From Eledone cirrhosa (taxonomy: Eukaryota): a stretch of DNA of 64,000 nt. Within the stretch, counting starts at the first letter, position 1, and each line of letters starts with the position of its first letter. Of the stretch, positions 11,875-25,962 are shown piece by piece. The stretch is from NCBI GenBank assembly GCA_964016885.1, contig OZ024750.1, positions 9,734,001 through 9,798,000 on the forward strand, given 5' to 3'. Under the pieces are notes generated by a model. The model made no database searches. It was not told the DNA's origin and saw only the letters and a program-made list of their open reading frames with translations. A program made the translations under genes and the position numbers.

Positions 11875-12784
11875 CATTATTATCATATGCTTGTCCAATG
11901 TGTGATACAGTGGGTATGAACCTAAAACTACATATCTGGGACCATTGAAACTCTTCATACAGAACATTATCATGATATGCTATCTTTCAGTTATTTTTAT
12001 AGTTAGTTCTATAGTAACTAAGTTAAGTTACTGTATATTTTTAATACATTTCCACTGTTGTGAAATCAACCAATAGTTATATTCTCATAATTTATTCCAA
12101 GTTTCACACTTAATAACCTTCAGCTATTAAGATAATTAATAGTTTTTATCCATATTTTATTTCTATAGATTTCTTTTTACCATCCGTGTTTTGTATGTAG
12201 TGTCATATTCTTTATTCATGCATGAGCACAGTGTGTGAAACAAACTTTGTTGTTGATGTTGTTGTTTCTGTTGTTGATTAGCATGCCTCCACAATTCAGC
12301 CCTGATTCAGTAACTCTATCATTAAAGGTGTGTTCAACTCGAATGTGTGAGTACGGGCGGTTTTGGGCGGCTTGGTCACATGAACCCAAATTTTTTTCGG
12401 GCGGCTTTGGGCGTTTTGGTAACGAAAGGGTTAAACATGTCATCTTTTTCTTTTCTTTTCTTTTTTTTTCATGCATGCAGTACTACATTATCCAGTATGT
12501 CCTTCCCGACTTTTTTAGATAGAAGGGTTGTTTTTGTTGTTGTCGTCATGAGGCCTCTGTCAGTTTTCACCAAACAGAACTATGCTCAGATTTGGCCATT
12601 CTATTTTTGACTACTATTTCTAGCTGATCAGCTGACCAAATAGAGGCTTTCTTGTAAAAGCAGTAAAGTGAGATTTGATGGACATTTAACTCCTATTTCT
12701 AGCAGCTCAAGCAATCAAATAAAGCTTATATTTATTAAGATTGTAGGTTCCAATTTAAGAGCGATTTGCTTTTTCTCACAAGTT

Positions 12785-13152
12785 GAGTGATCACATATTA
12801 CACACCCTTCGTATGATTGTTGGGTGGGAATTGTGGGAGATTTGGCTGTTATTTTGAGCAGGTCAAGGAATCATGTAGGTGCTCTCATGTTAAGACAACA
12901 GAATAAGATTTGGTTGTTATTTTGAGCCAGTCAAGACAACAGCTCCTTCTACTTCTTCAAGCCCCTCCGAGTGATCACATATTACACACCCTTCGTATGA
13001 TTGTTGGGTGGGAATTGTGGGAGATTTGGCTGTTATTTTGAGCAGGTCAAGGAATCATGTAGGTGCTCTCATGTTAAGACAACAGAATAAGATTTGGTTG
13101 TTATTTTGAGCCAGTCAAGACAACAGCTCCTTCTACTTCTTCAAGCCCCTCC
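12785..13152. repeat. exact 184-bp tandem duplication
   Basis: GAGTGATCACATATTACAC...GCCCCTCC at 12785-12968 and 12969-13152. Confidence 0.95.
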
Positions 13153-13434
13153 TTACTTACTCTGACTATTAAATGTCCACCAAAACCACCTCCAGTATTA
13201 ATTAAAATACCCAGAAGATGAAACTATTAACATCATCTAGAGAGCTAATTTGGCAATTCATGGACTTCATTTCCAAGTTATCCTCATCTTAATTACATTT
13301 GTATAATTAACACAACTTAAATGTTCATTCTTTCTCACTCTGTAACATATCCTACGGCATCTTTCCTATATCTAATGTTTACATTGAATAAACAGTATCA
13401 ACTTCCCAGTCCCTAAATATCAATACTGGGCTTA

Positions 13435-13590
13435 AACATGACTGTGGTTAACAAGTTTGCTTTATAGCTATGTGGTATAACGTTTGGTTCCACTGACCAG
13501 CCTCTTGGGTAAGTGTGTTCTATTTATAACCACAGGTCAACCAAAGCCCTCTGATGGAAATTTGATAGACATAAACTATATGAAAACATA
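13435..13590 (+). mobile_element. tRNA-head SINE family B, diverged
   Basis: TGTGGTTAACAAGTTTGCTT...GGTTCCACTG...TTGGGTAAGTGTGTTCTA; related copies at about 17140(+), 25800(-) and 40015(+). Confidence 0.55.
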
Positions 13591-14379
13591 TTGGAAGGAT
13601 CGTTCCTGTTCTTGTTTGATAAACCAGGTCTGTTGCCTCAAAAATTGACAGAAGGTAATATCATTTCATGTAGTACCATGTAGTAATACTGTAGATGTTA
13701 TAAGTTGCTTCAAAAATTGCTGCTAGAGTGTAACACATGTAGTAGTATGTCATTGTGTATGTCTTTTCTTTTCTCTCTGATTCCGTTTTATTGATTTATT
13801 TCTTTTGTAAATTATATATTCATTATGTAAATTGTATATTCATTATGTAAATTGCATTTATCAATAACGATTCTATAAAAGAAAAAGAAATATTCAACTC
13901 TTTGTTGAACAGTTTAAGACCAATGTAGATTTATTATTTAGTGTAACTATCTCCTGTGTCTTAGTTGTAGGTCATGATGTTATTACTATGTCAGTCGTTA
14001 GAGATAACGCCTGTCTGTATTACTTGGTTCACTTATTAAGAAACTGGTATATAATACATACAATCAGCTATAGTGACATTGATATATATATAGTCTAGTA
14101 TACTGGCTATTATATATGTATATAACCTAGTATTCTGACATTGATATATATATATATATAGCCTGGTATAAATGTGTAGTCTAGTATACTGGCTATTATA
14201 TATATATATATAACCTACATGCTATGATATGTGTAGTCTAGTATACTGGCTATTATATATATATATATAACCTACATGCTATGATATGTGTAGTCTAGTA
14301 TACTGGCATTGTGATAGAGACAAACAAAAAAAATTAGATTAAAATCCATTGTAGCTCTTACAATGTTACACACACAAAA

Positions 14380-14575
14380 TAGTGGTTGCTTGATCTATAG
14401 AAAATAACAGCTAAATGTCCCCCAAATAACTTCATACCATGTTAAAAATGGACAGACATTATATAAGGTTGTTCTAGGCAGACTATGTTTGAATTAAACA
14501 CTGAAACATCACATCTGGAATGTCTTTAATCATCAGGTTTGTTTGATTAGAGCTGAACTGAAGCTAAACAACAAC
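14380..14575 (+). mobile_element. dispersed repeat family D (TAGAAATAGCAGCCAAAT ... GCTAAACAAC end)
   Basis: Related segments at 12600-12950(-), 55140-55530(+), 59355-59545(-) and 60770-61030(-). Confidence 0.55.
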
Positions 14576-14968
14576 TTTATACACTATCCCCCTAAATTAT
14601 TTTACTGGTTAAAGTTCATATCTTATGGAAAAACACTTTCTTATTCAATAACAGAACTTAGTACACTGTTTATACAACAATCCCACCATATTACTATGAC
14701 ACAATCTACATGTCACATGCAACAACAATCATACAATAAAATAACAAACCTCATACAACAGAGCACATATTCTATATCTGATATTTTAATAAGAGAGTAT
14801 GAGCCCATGGCAGGACTTTAGTGTTGGTGCTCCACCTGCTAGAAATAGTAGTACCAAGTATCCCTTAAATCATAAAAAGGAATGTTACCTGCACCAGTTA
14901 CCACTGTTTTAAAAAGACTATGGAGGCAATGGTCTCAGGCCCTTCTGCCTGACTCACCACAGTTTTAA

Positions 14969-15177
14969 CCCTTTTGCATTTAAACAGGCCAAAGTTCTCT
15001 CACCTCTTTCTCTTATAACCGGCAATAACTGTCCTCTCATACTGATGTTAAGGTATTGTTATCAAAATAAATAATATCAAAATCTCATAGATTAAATATT
15101 ATGTGAGATAATTATGAGGTAAAGTCTTTATCGTGAAAATACAATAGTATATTTAAAGTAATGTGAATGCTAAAAGG
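14969..15177 (-). mobile_element. piggyBac-like MITE family 1
   Basis: TTAA|CCCTTTTGCATT...AATGCTAAAAGG|TTAA; body is the reverse complement of 24454-24880. Confidence 0.75.
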
Positions 15178-16364
15178 TTAAAGGGATTAGGAAGACCATG
15201 GGCTCAGGCCCTTCTGTCTAACCCCTCCCCCATCCCCAATTCCTTTTAGCTTTTTAATGTTCTCTGCATTAAATATATTAACAATAACAAAATTAAGAAA
15301 TAGATATCTTTTATCTTTCATTTTTTATTTCACTTTATTTTATTATTAAAGGGATGTACATATCAACAAAAAAGAATCTTTCCAATTACTCTCCTAATAG
15401 CCTTGCAACTTACATTAACAGCCCAGCATTTTATTCCCCCTTCCCTGCCTTGAAATAAACGATTTCTAGCTTACTTTGCAACAAAAATAAAATATAAAAT
15501 AAAACACTTACACACTCACAATGATTATTCTTGTTTGTGTTGTTTGCTTCATTATATGTTGTTGTTTTGTTTTTGTTTTGTTTTACCGTTTTTACTGTTG
15601 TTGTGTTTTTTTTTTGGGGGGGGGGGGTGCTTCTTTCATGATAATTATTAAAATTCTAGATTTTTTTTTTTTTTTTTCCTAGAATATTTATTTCTGAAAT
15701 CTCTCTGTTGGTTTTGAATGAGCAATCATATTCCCTAGCTTTTAGTTCATTAAACTAGTTTTGTTGGAAGAGATAATCTATTCCTTATTCTATCTAGTTC
15801 CAATGACTATTCAGGTCATTAGAAGATATGTGAGCAAGACTTACCGAGAGAAGCTTTTAAAAATGTGAACTTTGAACAAATGAATACTACTACTCATGAT
15901 AGCCTTATCCGATTTTTTTCAGTTTTTGTTTGTTGTTGTTTTTTTTCTATGAATTTCAATTAGAAATGTGTATAAGTAAGTTGATTGGGGGTTAGATATC
16001 GAGGAAAAAAAGGTTATTTGTGAGACAGAAACAAAATATTCTTTAATGTCTTACTAATAAAAGCAATTTAAACTCCTAAAAGAAATGTGATTTCTTTAAA
16101 TCAACATGGGGTTTAATTGTATAAGCTATTCACCATTTACTTCAGATGTCCAAGAGAGGTTTCTTTTTAAGTATTAAACTTTGACAATATTTAAGTGAAT
16201 ATTAACTAACCCTTTCAGAGTGAGAGGGGATTGAAAGTATTAACAGTAAGGACAGACAAAAGTTCAATTGTGTGGATATGTGTACATATGTACATGAATA
16301 TATACATATATATATATATATGTGTGTGAGTGTGTATATACACACACATACATATATATGTGTG

Positions 16365-16398
<34 letters not shown>

Positions 16399-16575
16399 CA
16401 TCATCATCATCATCGTTTTAACATCGACTTTCCCTGCTAGCAAGGGTTGGACGGGTCTACATAGACCAAGTCAGTACTGAATCAGAGCCACTGATGTCCC
16501 TGGCAGGTCAGGGATCTTTGTCTCGCATTATGTACGATCGATACTCCACTGAGTGCACAGGGGAGGTTATATATA

Positions 16576-16634
<59 letters not shown>

Positions 16635-16669
16635 GTTTTAGTTTAATTGAGAACATTGTGTTCTTAATA

Positions 16670-16945
16670 TTACTGCTGTTGTTGTTGTTTGAGATGGTGT
16701 TGATGTTGTTGTTTATGTGGTGGTTGTGGTGGTGGTATTACTGCTGTTGTTGTTGTTGTTGTTGTTGCTGTTTGTGATGGTGGTAGTAGTGGTATCACTG
16801 TTGCTGCTGCTACTGTTGTGGCTTGTGATGGTGGTAGTAGTGGTATTACTGTTGCTGCAGTTGCTGTTGCAGTTGCTACTGTTGTTGTTGTTTGTGATGA
16901 TGGTGGCAGTGGTATTACTGCTATTGCTGTTGTTGTTGTTGTCAT
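16670..16945. repeat. GTT/GGT triplet-rich low-complexity repeat
   Basis: Degenerate trinucleotide tract; similar tracts at 17710-17960, 18248-18555 and 23880-24050. Confidence 0.9.
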
Positions 16946-17272
16946 CTCTACTTCATTTGACCTATAGTGTTACAGATAACTAATTAAATGTCACAAACAG
17001 CCTAGAGTTAATTAACCTTACTAATTTGTAGTTGTGCTTTTTTTTTTTGTTAATATTCTAATATTTCCTGTTCACTCATGTATGATATTGTGTACCTACT
17101 TAGTGATTCACCTTTCCCTACTTCAACTAATGGATGTAGACATAGCTGACTGGTTAATAAGTTTTACTCCCAATCAGGAGAACCCAGGTTCAATCCCACT
17201 GTATTATATCTTAGATAATTGTCTTTTACTATAGGTTTGTGGGTGAAATTGGTAATTAAGTTTAAGTCAATA

Positions 17273-17690
17273 GCTCAACAGGCCGGTGCTTGGCTCAACA
17301 GGCCAGTGCTTGGCTCAACAGGCCGGTTCTTGGCTCAACAGGCCAGTGCTTGGCTCAACAGGCCGGTGCTTGGCTCAACAGGCCAGTGCTTGGCTCAACA
17401 GGCCGGTGCTTGGCTCAACAGGCCGGTGCTTGGCTCAACAGGCCAGTGCTTGGCTCACTAGGCTAGTGCTTGGCTCACTAGGCTAGTGCTTGGCTCAACA
17501 GGCCAGTGCTTGGCTCAACAGGCCGGTGCTTGGCTCAACAGGCCGGTGCTTGGCTCAACAGGCCGGTGCTTGGCTCACCAGGCCAGTGCTTGGCTCACCA
17601 GGCTAGTGCTTGGCTCACCAGGCTAGTGCTTGGCTCACCAGGCTAGTGCTTGGCTCAACAGGCTAGTGCTTGGCTCAACAGGCCGGTGCT
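17273..17690. repeat. GC-rich 20-bp minisatellite (about 21 copies)
   Basis: Unit GCTCAACAGGCC(G/A)GTGCTTG, head-to-tail with no spacers. Confidence 0.95.
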
Positions 17691-18564
17691 AGTGGGGGTT
17701 TTAGTAATAGGGTGGTAGTGGTAGTAGTAGTGGTGGTGGTAGTAGAAGTGACAGTAGTGGTAGTAGTATTAATAGTAGTAGTAGTAGAAGTAACTGGTTG
17801 TAGTAGTGGTGGTGGTAGTATTAATAGTAGTAGTAGTGGTGGTGGTGGTGGTATTAATGGTAGTAGTAGTGGTGGTGGTGGTCAGTGTGGTAGTAGTAGT
17901 GGTGTTAGTAATGGTAATAGTGGTGGTGGTGGTGGTGGTGGTGGTCAGTGTGTTGTAGGTGTGTAAAACCCAGGTGAGCTGTAATAAAGCAGGTCTATGT
18001 TATATAGGAAATGGGTTCAATGTCTCAGTTTAAACTGTAGATCTGTGTTTCAGTTATGGGCCACTGCTTCTCTTTAGCTGACAACCACAACCTCTCTCAC
18101 TACATGTCATAGCAAGGCTTTATGATGGGAAACCCCAGTCTGTAACACTGATCTATATGTATCTGAAACATTGTGACTTGAACTGTCTCTATATTATATA
18201 GGATGTATAATATAGGTATGTGGTGTTAACTTTGATATTGTAGTGGTCAACAACAACAGTAACAACAACAGCATCACCACTAACAGCAACACTATAGCCA
18301 CCACCACCATCACCATCAACAACAACAATGACACCAACACTACAGCCACCACCACCATCAACAACAACAGCACCACTGACACCAACACTACAGCCACCAC
18401 CATCACCACCAACAACAACACCACCACCACCAACAACAACAACAACAACACTACCAACAACAACAACAACCACCACTGTCGTCGTCACCACCAACAACAC
18501 AACCAACGCCACCATCACCAACAGCAGCAGCAACAATATGATGGTGATGATGATGAGGGTGATA

Positions 18565-18598
<34 letters not shown>

Positions 18599-19169
18599 CG
18601 CCGGGATATGGAGGTACTTGGTTTGGTGCCCAAGCACATTGTTAGCTCAGCAGGAAAGAGAGTCCCCTAGTTCTTGTTAAGACACCATTCTAGAAGAAGG
18701 AAAATTCTAATCACAGTGTAACTGTTCCAATATTATGTTAACAGTAATGAATCTTTTAATGTTTATCCCCTCAAAAGAAGGAGTGTAGTTAATTGATTTT
18801 ATCATCCCTGAAATAAAATATATATTAACACTTTGCTCTAAAATAAAATAAAATGTTAGAACTAATAAATTATAATTGCTTTATGTTTGGAGTTTTTCAA
18901 AAGTTAATTTTTATATATTTATTTATTTTTTCTTCTGTTTAATTAATTCATTAATTAATTTGGTGGTTAAAGAAAATGCAAGTAAAAATTATGTTGAAGA
19001 AATAAAAGGCATTTTTTTTCAATCATTTAGTAGGATCAGGGAGTCAATTATTAAGGGAGGTAACTCTAATATTACTCTGAACTAACCCCTTTTTTATAAT
19101 TATCTAAAAATCTTTTTTGTTTTGATTTTCTTTTTTTGTTTCTTTTTCAAATTATTCCCAACAAAATGA

Positions 19170-19700
19170 TATGTCTGTTATAAAAAATTGTATCGAAATC
19201 ATTAAAACTTTTTAATTAATTTATGCTATTAACTGTTAACATTTTTGAATGGGGCAACAGAAAATATCTAAAAATGAGTTTGTTAATTCAAATGTTTATA
19301 GCATTTTTACTAGTGAACAGATCATTGTGAAATTTCCAGTAAATTAAAGTGATGACTTTAATTTTTAGTGTAGGGAAGTCATAGTGATGCTTTGTACTTT
19401 TCAAGGATGTCTTGCTAATGTGGATTCATGTGGTACATGATATTAAGAACTGGATAAATAATGATCTACTAATTAGTCCCAAAGAATTAAAAGATGTGTG
19501 AAAGTAAGAAGTTTTAGTGTTCATCATGGTTTGTTTAAGAGCAACATTTCATGGGAGAATTGGCAATAGATTTTATTCTCTAGCAAGAATATCATTGCAA
19601 ATACAAGCGACCGAAATGGGGTTCCTCTGAAAGGTCTTTGGAGTAACATTACTCATTAGAGTTCATAGCTCGGGGATCATGGAGTCACTCCAGATATTAC
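19170..19700 (+). pseudogene. possible highly decayed hAT-like transposase remnant
   Basis: Scattered translated motifs FLNGATENI, LANVDSCG and YSLEFIARG; many stops and frameshifts. Confidence 0.25.
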
Positions 19701-19774
19701 AAACATTTGAATTTACAGCTCAATCTAACCTTCAGGAACAATTTCTGATATAATAGAGGGGGGACTTGTTGCCT

Positions 19775-20720
19775 TAGTTATATAGATATATTCTGGTGTA
19801 ATGGAGGAAGAATTTATAACCTTACATACTACACAGATATATTCTGGTATAATGGAGGGAGGGTTTATAACCTTAGTTGTTACACAGATATATTCTGGTA
19901 TAATGGAGGGAGGAATTATAACCTTAGTTGTTACAGATATATTCTGGTATAATGGAGGAATTATAACCTTAGTTGTTACACAGATATATTCTGGTATAAT
20001 GGAGGAATTATAACCTTAGTTGTTACACAGATATATTCTGGTATAATGGAGGAATTATAACCTTAGTTGTTACACAGATATATTCTGGTATAATGGAGGG
20101 TTTATAACCTTAGTTGTTACACAGATATATTCTGGTATAATGGAGGGTTTATAACCTTAGTTGTTACAGATATATTCTGGTATAATGGAGGGTTTATAAC
20201 CTTAGTTGTTACACAGATATATTCTGGTATAATGGAGGGTTTATAACCTTAGTTGTTACAGATATATTCTGGTATAATGGAGGGTTTATAACCTTAGTTG
20301 TTACAGATATATTCTGGTATAATGGAGGAATTATAACCTTAGTTGTTACAGACATATTCTGGTATAATGGAGGAATTATAACCTTAGTTGTTACAGATAT
20401 ATTCTGGTATAATAGAGGAATTATAACCTTAGTTGTTACAGATATATTCTGGTATAATGGAGAGTTTATAACCTTAGTTGTTACACAGATATATTCTGGT
20501 ATAATGGAGGGTTTATAACCTTAGTTGTTACACAGATATATTCTGGTATAATGGAGGGTTTATAACCTTAGTTGTTACAGATATATTCTGGTATAATAGA
20601 GGAATTATAACCTTAGTTGTTACAGATATATTCTGGTATAATGGAGGAATTATAACCTTAGTTGTTACAGATATATTCTGGTATAATGGAGGAATTATAA
20701 CCTTAGTTGTTATACAGATA
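19775..20720. repeat. 45/47-bp minisatellite (about 20 copies)
   Basis: Unit ACAGATATATTCTGGTATAATGGAGGAATTATAACCTTAGTTGTT(AC). Confidence 0.95.
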
Positions 20721-21184
20721 TTAAAGAGATGCAAAAATTGCTTTCACAATAAAATAAAAAATTTATAATGAAGATGAAATGTTACATAATATTTCATTAC
20801 ATCTTTTGTCTGTTGTTGCTGTGAAATTGTTTCTCTCTATTGGGGCAGCCATTGAATTATCACTTTAAACATCTGCTTTCTTTGATTTCCATTCCATTTC
20901 ATTTGGAATTAATAACATTGGTCCTCCTCTTGGTACTTTGTGTGTGTATGTGTCTGTGTGACTGTGTGTATGCGATTGGTGTGACTGTTTAGTTTTTCAC
21001 TGTTCAATCTATTTTCTTCTACAGTGGCAGGGGTAGGATGGGTATGAAGAATATTAGATGTTTGAATTGTTGAAGAAATTACTTTGTTGTGGTTGGATGC
21101 CATTTCCAACTGTAACCACTCAACTGTAAAATAAGGTCTGATACTTATTTTCAACTAGAAATACCGAAACTAATAAAGTAATAT

Positions 21185-21372
21185 GGGTGGATGGATGGAT
21201 GGTTAAATGATGAACGACTGGGTGGATGGATGGATGGATGGTTAAATGATGAACGACTGGATGGATGGATGGATAAATGATAAATGACTGGATGGATGGA
21301 TGGATGGATAGACGGATGGATAGATGGATGGATAGATGGATGGATAAATAAATAGATGGATGGGTGGATAGA
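21185..21372. repeat. (GGAT)n tetranucleotide repeat
   Basis: Direct reading of the sequence. Confidence 0.9.
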
Positions 21373-22539
21373 TTGAAAAGTAGAACTGTTAAATCAAATT
21401 TGACTTCTGTTGATCGTGTGAATTTCTAAAAGTGTTTCTAAATATATTACAGAGGTTATTTCCATTGCCTTCCTTTGGAGTTCAGTTTTACTACAGAAGT
21501 AATTCACTTCTATACCTATTTACAGCTAAATAGGCTGGGTCACTGACACAATGCAAAGCTACAGACAAGATTTGAACTGCTGGACCTCTAAGAATCTCAT
21601 ATATCTTTATCTGAGCACTCAAACTGTGTTAACAATGAAGTCTGTCCTATTATAATGTAGTTGCTAATAAAGGACAATTTCAAGACTTTACACCATCACC
21701 ACCAGGTGGAATATCTATCTCAGTCCTGCTTTCACCACAGTTTTTTCTCATGCTCCATGTCCTTCCTGTCAACACTATTGACTGAGTCACATAATCAATA
21801 ATATCCACCAACCCCCTCCCATAGCACCATCATATGGCAGTGGTCTTTTGCAATTTTCAATTCCTTCACCATGATGTTAAAGGCAGCTGGAGTTAAGTTG
21901 TACTGTAGCACTACTGTACAGCACAACTTGTGTAAAACCTGGCAATAGATCAAGTCACTCCCTCTGGTAGGAACTTACTGGAATACCTTTCCATTCCTCT
22001 AATCTTGTCAATGGTAGAGATCTGAAGAGAAATATTAGAATATGAGAAGACCAAAAGACTAAAGATGGAAAGAGAAAGAACAAGAAATAACTAATAATAA
22101 TAACAAAAAGAAGAAGAAAGAAAGAATAAAAAAAGGAAAGAATTAGAGATAAAAAGAATATCCATCTTACAATTTACTTTGATAAGAATTATCATAAAAC
22201 AGCTAAATAACATTGAGATGGTTTTGTGATTTTTAATCTGAAGACCAGCAAGAGTCAATAGATTTGGAGTGGAGGAGAGGAATGGAAATCTAGAATGGCC
22301 CAGCAAGTACATAATAACAGCAGCTAAGTAATCAATACTTACAGCTATAATTAGCTACGATGTCAGTATTGAAATAGAAGCAACAATAACAAAAACAACA
22401 TGCCTTCACTGCCATTCTGCATTTCTTCATGCCATACAATCAAACACTCTCTGACAGAATTTATCATTGATCTCTGCCAATCAAAAATACAGTTAAAGTA
22501 CTGACTGGATTTATAGGTCTCTTTTTCTTCATTTTCTTC

Positions 22540-22660
22540 TTCTTTGCCCACTTACTCCTGAGAGGGTCGCGGAGGCAGAATCCTCAAAAGCTCCTTCCAG
22601 TAAATCTTGTTAGAAGTAACTGTGTCCAAGCGAGACCAGCCAAGCTCATGTATGTTATAT
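22540..22660 (-). mobile_element. 3' end fragment of an RTE/Expander-like LINE
   Basis: Similar to 36830-37060; CCAAGCGAGACCAGCCAAGCTCATG encodes HELGWSRLG on the - strand. Confidence 0.6.
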
Positions 22661-22719
22661 GTGTTTAGAACATAGCTTAACAAGGATTCTTACTTAAAAT
22701 TATAAGAGGTTTGCATTTA

Positions 22720-22940
22720 AATATTGTTTCTGATTTAGGCACAAGGCCAAACATTTGTAGGGAGAAAAAAGTCAACTAAATCAACCCCAGCGCATTACTG
22801 GTACTTTATTTTATCGACCTCATCATATAAAAGACAAAGCTAACCACGGTAGGGTTTGAAATCAGGACGCAAAGAGCCGTAACTCTATACCGTACAGCAT
22901 GGTGTCTGACACTCTATCGATTCTACTACCAATCCACCAC
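22720..22940 (-). mobile_element. SINE family A
   Basis: Reverse complement of the family consensus. Confidence 0.85.
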
Positions 22941-23029
22941 CAAGGTTTTCATTATAGAACCAGAAGCAGTTTCAGGTGGGTAAGTTTCAAAAGGATTATC
23001 CATAGGTATGTCTCTCTCTCTCTATATAT

Positions 23030-23185
23030 ATAGTCCGCTTTTCCCTGCTTGCAAGGGTGGGACAGTTCCTATTCAGCACAGCATCTCTCCACTTGTCACT
23101 GTTCTTTGTCATCTCCTCCATGAGCTTCAGCAATCTGAGGTTTGCTCTCACCACCTCCGCCCATGTTTCCATGTTTTCGGGGTCT
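23030..23185 (-). mobile_element. RTE LINE 3' fragment
   Basis: Reverse complement of 34735-34880; another copy at about 25440-25610. Confidence 0.75.
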
Positions 23186-24453
23186 TCCTCTATATATATT
23201 CAATCAGGAATAACCACAGTTAGTAAGGTGCTCAATACATTAGTAGAGTGTAAACATTAATGGTGTTTAGGGGTCCTGTGAAAGCCTTAGGCATATCCCC
23301 TTCTTACTCCAGATGAAACCAGTAAAAGAAAGAATGCTAAGAAGACTAGAACCACCATTATCAGCAACAACAACACAAAGTAGTAACACTCTAACAACAA
23401 TGACATCAAATTCTTGGCTAGATTGTACAATAAAACATCAGAACTATAAATAGTACCAACATAAAGGAATACCAGAGACAGACCTACACCCACCCACCTT
23501 TACATGTACACACACACACACACACACACATGTATATATATATGTGTGTGTAGGTATGTTTCTCTCTTTATATATATATGTGTGTGTGCGTGAGTGTGTG
23601 TAGGTATCTATGTATCTATACATTTATGTGTGTGCATGTTGTTTGTGTGTTTATATGCCTGTGTGTGAGTGTGTAAGCGTACATATGTAAATGTATCATC
23701 ATGTTTGTATGTGAGTATGTAAGCATGCATGTGTAAATGTATCGGTGTGTATGAGTGAACATAAGTGCATGAGTGTTGTGTGTGTTGTGTTTGTGTATGA
23801 ACATAAGTGTGTGTGTGTGATTTAGACCAGACTGAAGTAGAGCTTACCAAGTGTTCAGACTCTGTGACGGGAGATACTCAGCAACAGTTATAACAACAAG
23901 TATAGCAACAATAACATCAACAACAACAACAAAAACATTAACCACCACCACCACAAAAACATTAACATTAACAATTACACCAACAACAACAACCATAACA
24001 TTAACAACAACATTAGCAACAATAACAACAACCACAACAACAACACTAAATGTAAAGACTGAAAGAAAAAATCAATATTGAAATATTTGAATATTGAAAT
24101 GTAGAGTTAAGACATCATAAACTAATATTCACTACCTGAAACAGAAGAGATATTGGAACTACTCCAACAACTAAACTATATGGCACTACATCAGATTTAT
24201 TCTCTGCTGCACTAACATTTCTGGTTGGGGGCTTTTTATTTTGTTGTTGATTTCCATGACTTAGTCAGCAAAGGAAAGATAGCGCCCCCATCTCCTCCTC
24301 CTTCCATAATCCTTTCTTGAGCTTCCATGAATCGTGAGAGAAAAAAAGAGAAGCCGTTATCATCATACAGACAATAGCGTGCAGAGAATTGTTATGTCCT
24401 TAAAACTCAAATTTAGAGCCTTGTATTGAGAAACATGAGCAAAGACATTTTAA

Positions 24454-24880
24454 CCCTTTAGTATTTGCATTACTCTATATTTACTATTATATTTTCACAG
24501 TAAACGGCGGTGGATTGGCAGTATCGGTAGACGGTCGGACGCCATGCTTTGCAGCAAAGAGTTACGGCCCTTGCCATTCTGAGTTCAAATCCCACCGAGG
24601 TTAACTTTGCCGTTCATCCTTACGGGCGTCGATAAAATAAAGTACCAGTAATACACTGGGATAATTGCTGGCTTTGTGCCAAAAGTAGAAACAATTATAT
24701 TTTCACAGTAAACACTTTACCTCACAATTATTTCACATAATATCGAATCTAGGAAATTTTGATATTATTTGTTTTGAAAACAATACCTTAACATCAGTAT
24801 GAGTGGCCAGTTATGGCTGGTTTGAACAGAAAGAGGTGAGAGAATTCTGGCCAGTTACAGCTGGTTTAGATGCTAAAGGG
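24454..24880 (+). mobile_element. piggyBac-like MITE family 1 interrupted by a SINE
   Basis: TTAA (24450-53)|CCCTTTAGTAT ... ATGCTAAAGGG|TTAA (24881-84). Confidence 0.8.
24506..24693 (+). mobile_element. SINE family A with 20-bp TSD
   Basis: ATTATATTTTCACAGTAAAC at 24486-24505 and 24694-24713. Confidence 0.92.
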
Positions 24881-25962
24881 TTAAATATCTAAAAACAAAT
24901 GGAACATGAAATAAACAAAGTGTGAACATCAAAAGTGAGTTAATTTAAAAGATAGATGTAGAAAGATTCACTGTGATACACATCATTGCCTAAATTTGTA
25001 CAAACATAAACATCAAATATCAAATTAATAAATTTTTCAGCTTTTTGATTTAAGCAAAAAACTGATCACACATTTTAGATGGATGCTTGAGAAATCTATG
25101 TTGGTGCTGCACTTAGTAGCCATATATTGAATGGAGAACTGTAATGAAATTATAAGTTTATTAAATTCTTCCTAAATTCTTTCATTAAATTAATTAATAA
25201 TACAAATTATTTCATTAGGAATATGGTAAGGAAAAGGTTAAATCAGTCAATGGAATATGTCTAGAATTTCTTCACTAGACTCTGCTACACTACATTGTGT
25301 TAAATTATTCTTGTAAACTACATAACATTGTATGACATGAAGGTCTCCACAATATCTCAAGGCCATCACAAACTTTACACATTATCAAATACAGAGTTAT
25401 ATTCAGCCAAACACTTAACCATGTAAGAACATCATTTTTTTACCACCATTTTTCTGTGCTTGTGTGTGTTGGACAGGTCTTTTCCACCACGTCATCCCTA
25501 TACTCATTGCAGTCCTTCATCATATCTTCTGGGAACTTCAATGAGTTGAGATCAGCTCTTACAACCTCTGCCCAGGTCTTCCTTGCCCTCCCTCTACTAG
25601 CCAAGTCCCTAGCAGGACTAAAAAGCCATGTCCATGATGCTCATGCTTAAGTGTCAAGAGATGGCATTACTCGCAATCAAGTTTGCAGCCATCATCATCA
25701 TGTATGTGTATATATATGGATGTATGTATATGTGAACCATCCATCCAATCCATGCCAGCATGTAAAAATGGGCAAAAATGATATGACTTCTATATAGCTA
25801 CCATCTACCAATTTCAATGAGAAAATATTCTGTAGCCTGGGGGTATTGTAGAAGACACTTGTCTCCAAGTGTCACACAATGGAATTGAACCTGAAACCAT
25901 AAGGTTACAAAGTAAACTTTATCACCACACAGTCATGCCTGCATTTCTCTCACCTTTGTGTG

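Noticed and set aside
17273-17690. Repeat ORFs (AQQAGAWLNRPVLGSTG) or CRISPR-like array
   Set aside because: A plain 20-bp minisatellite with no spacers and no coding evidence
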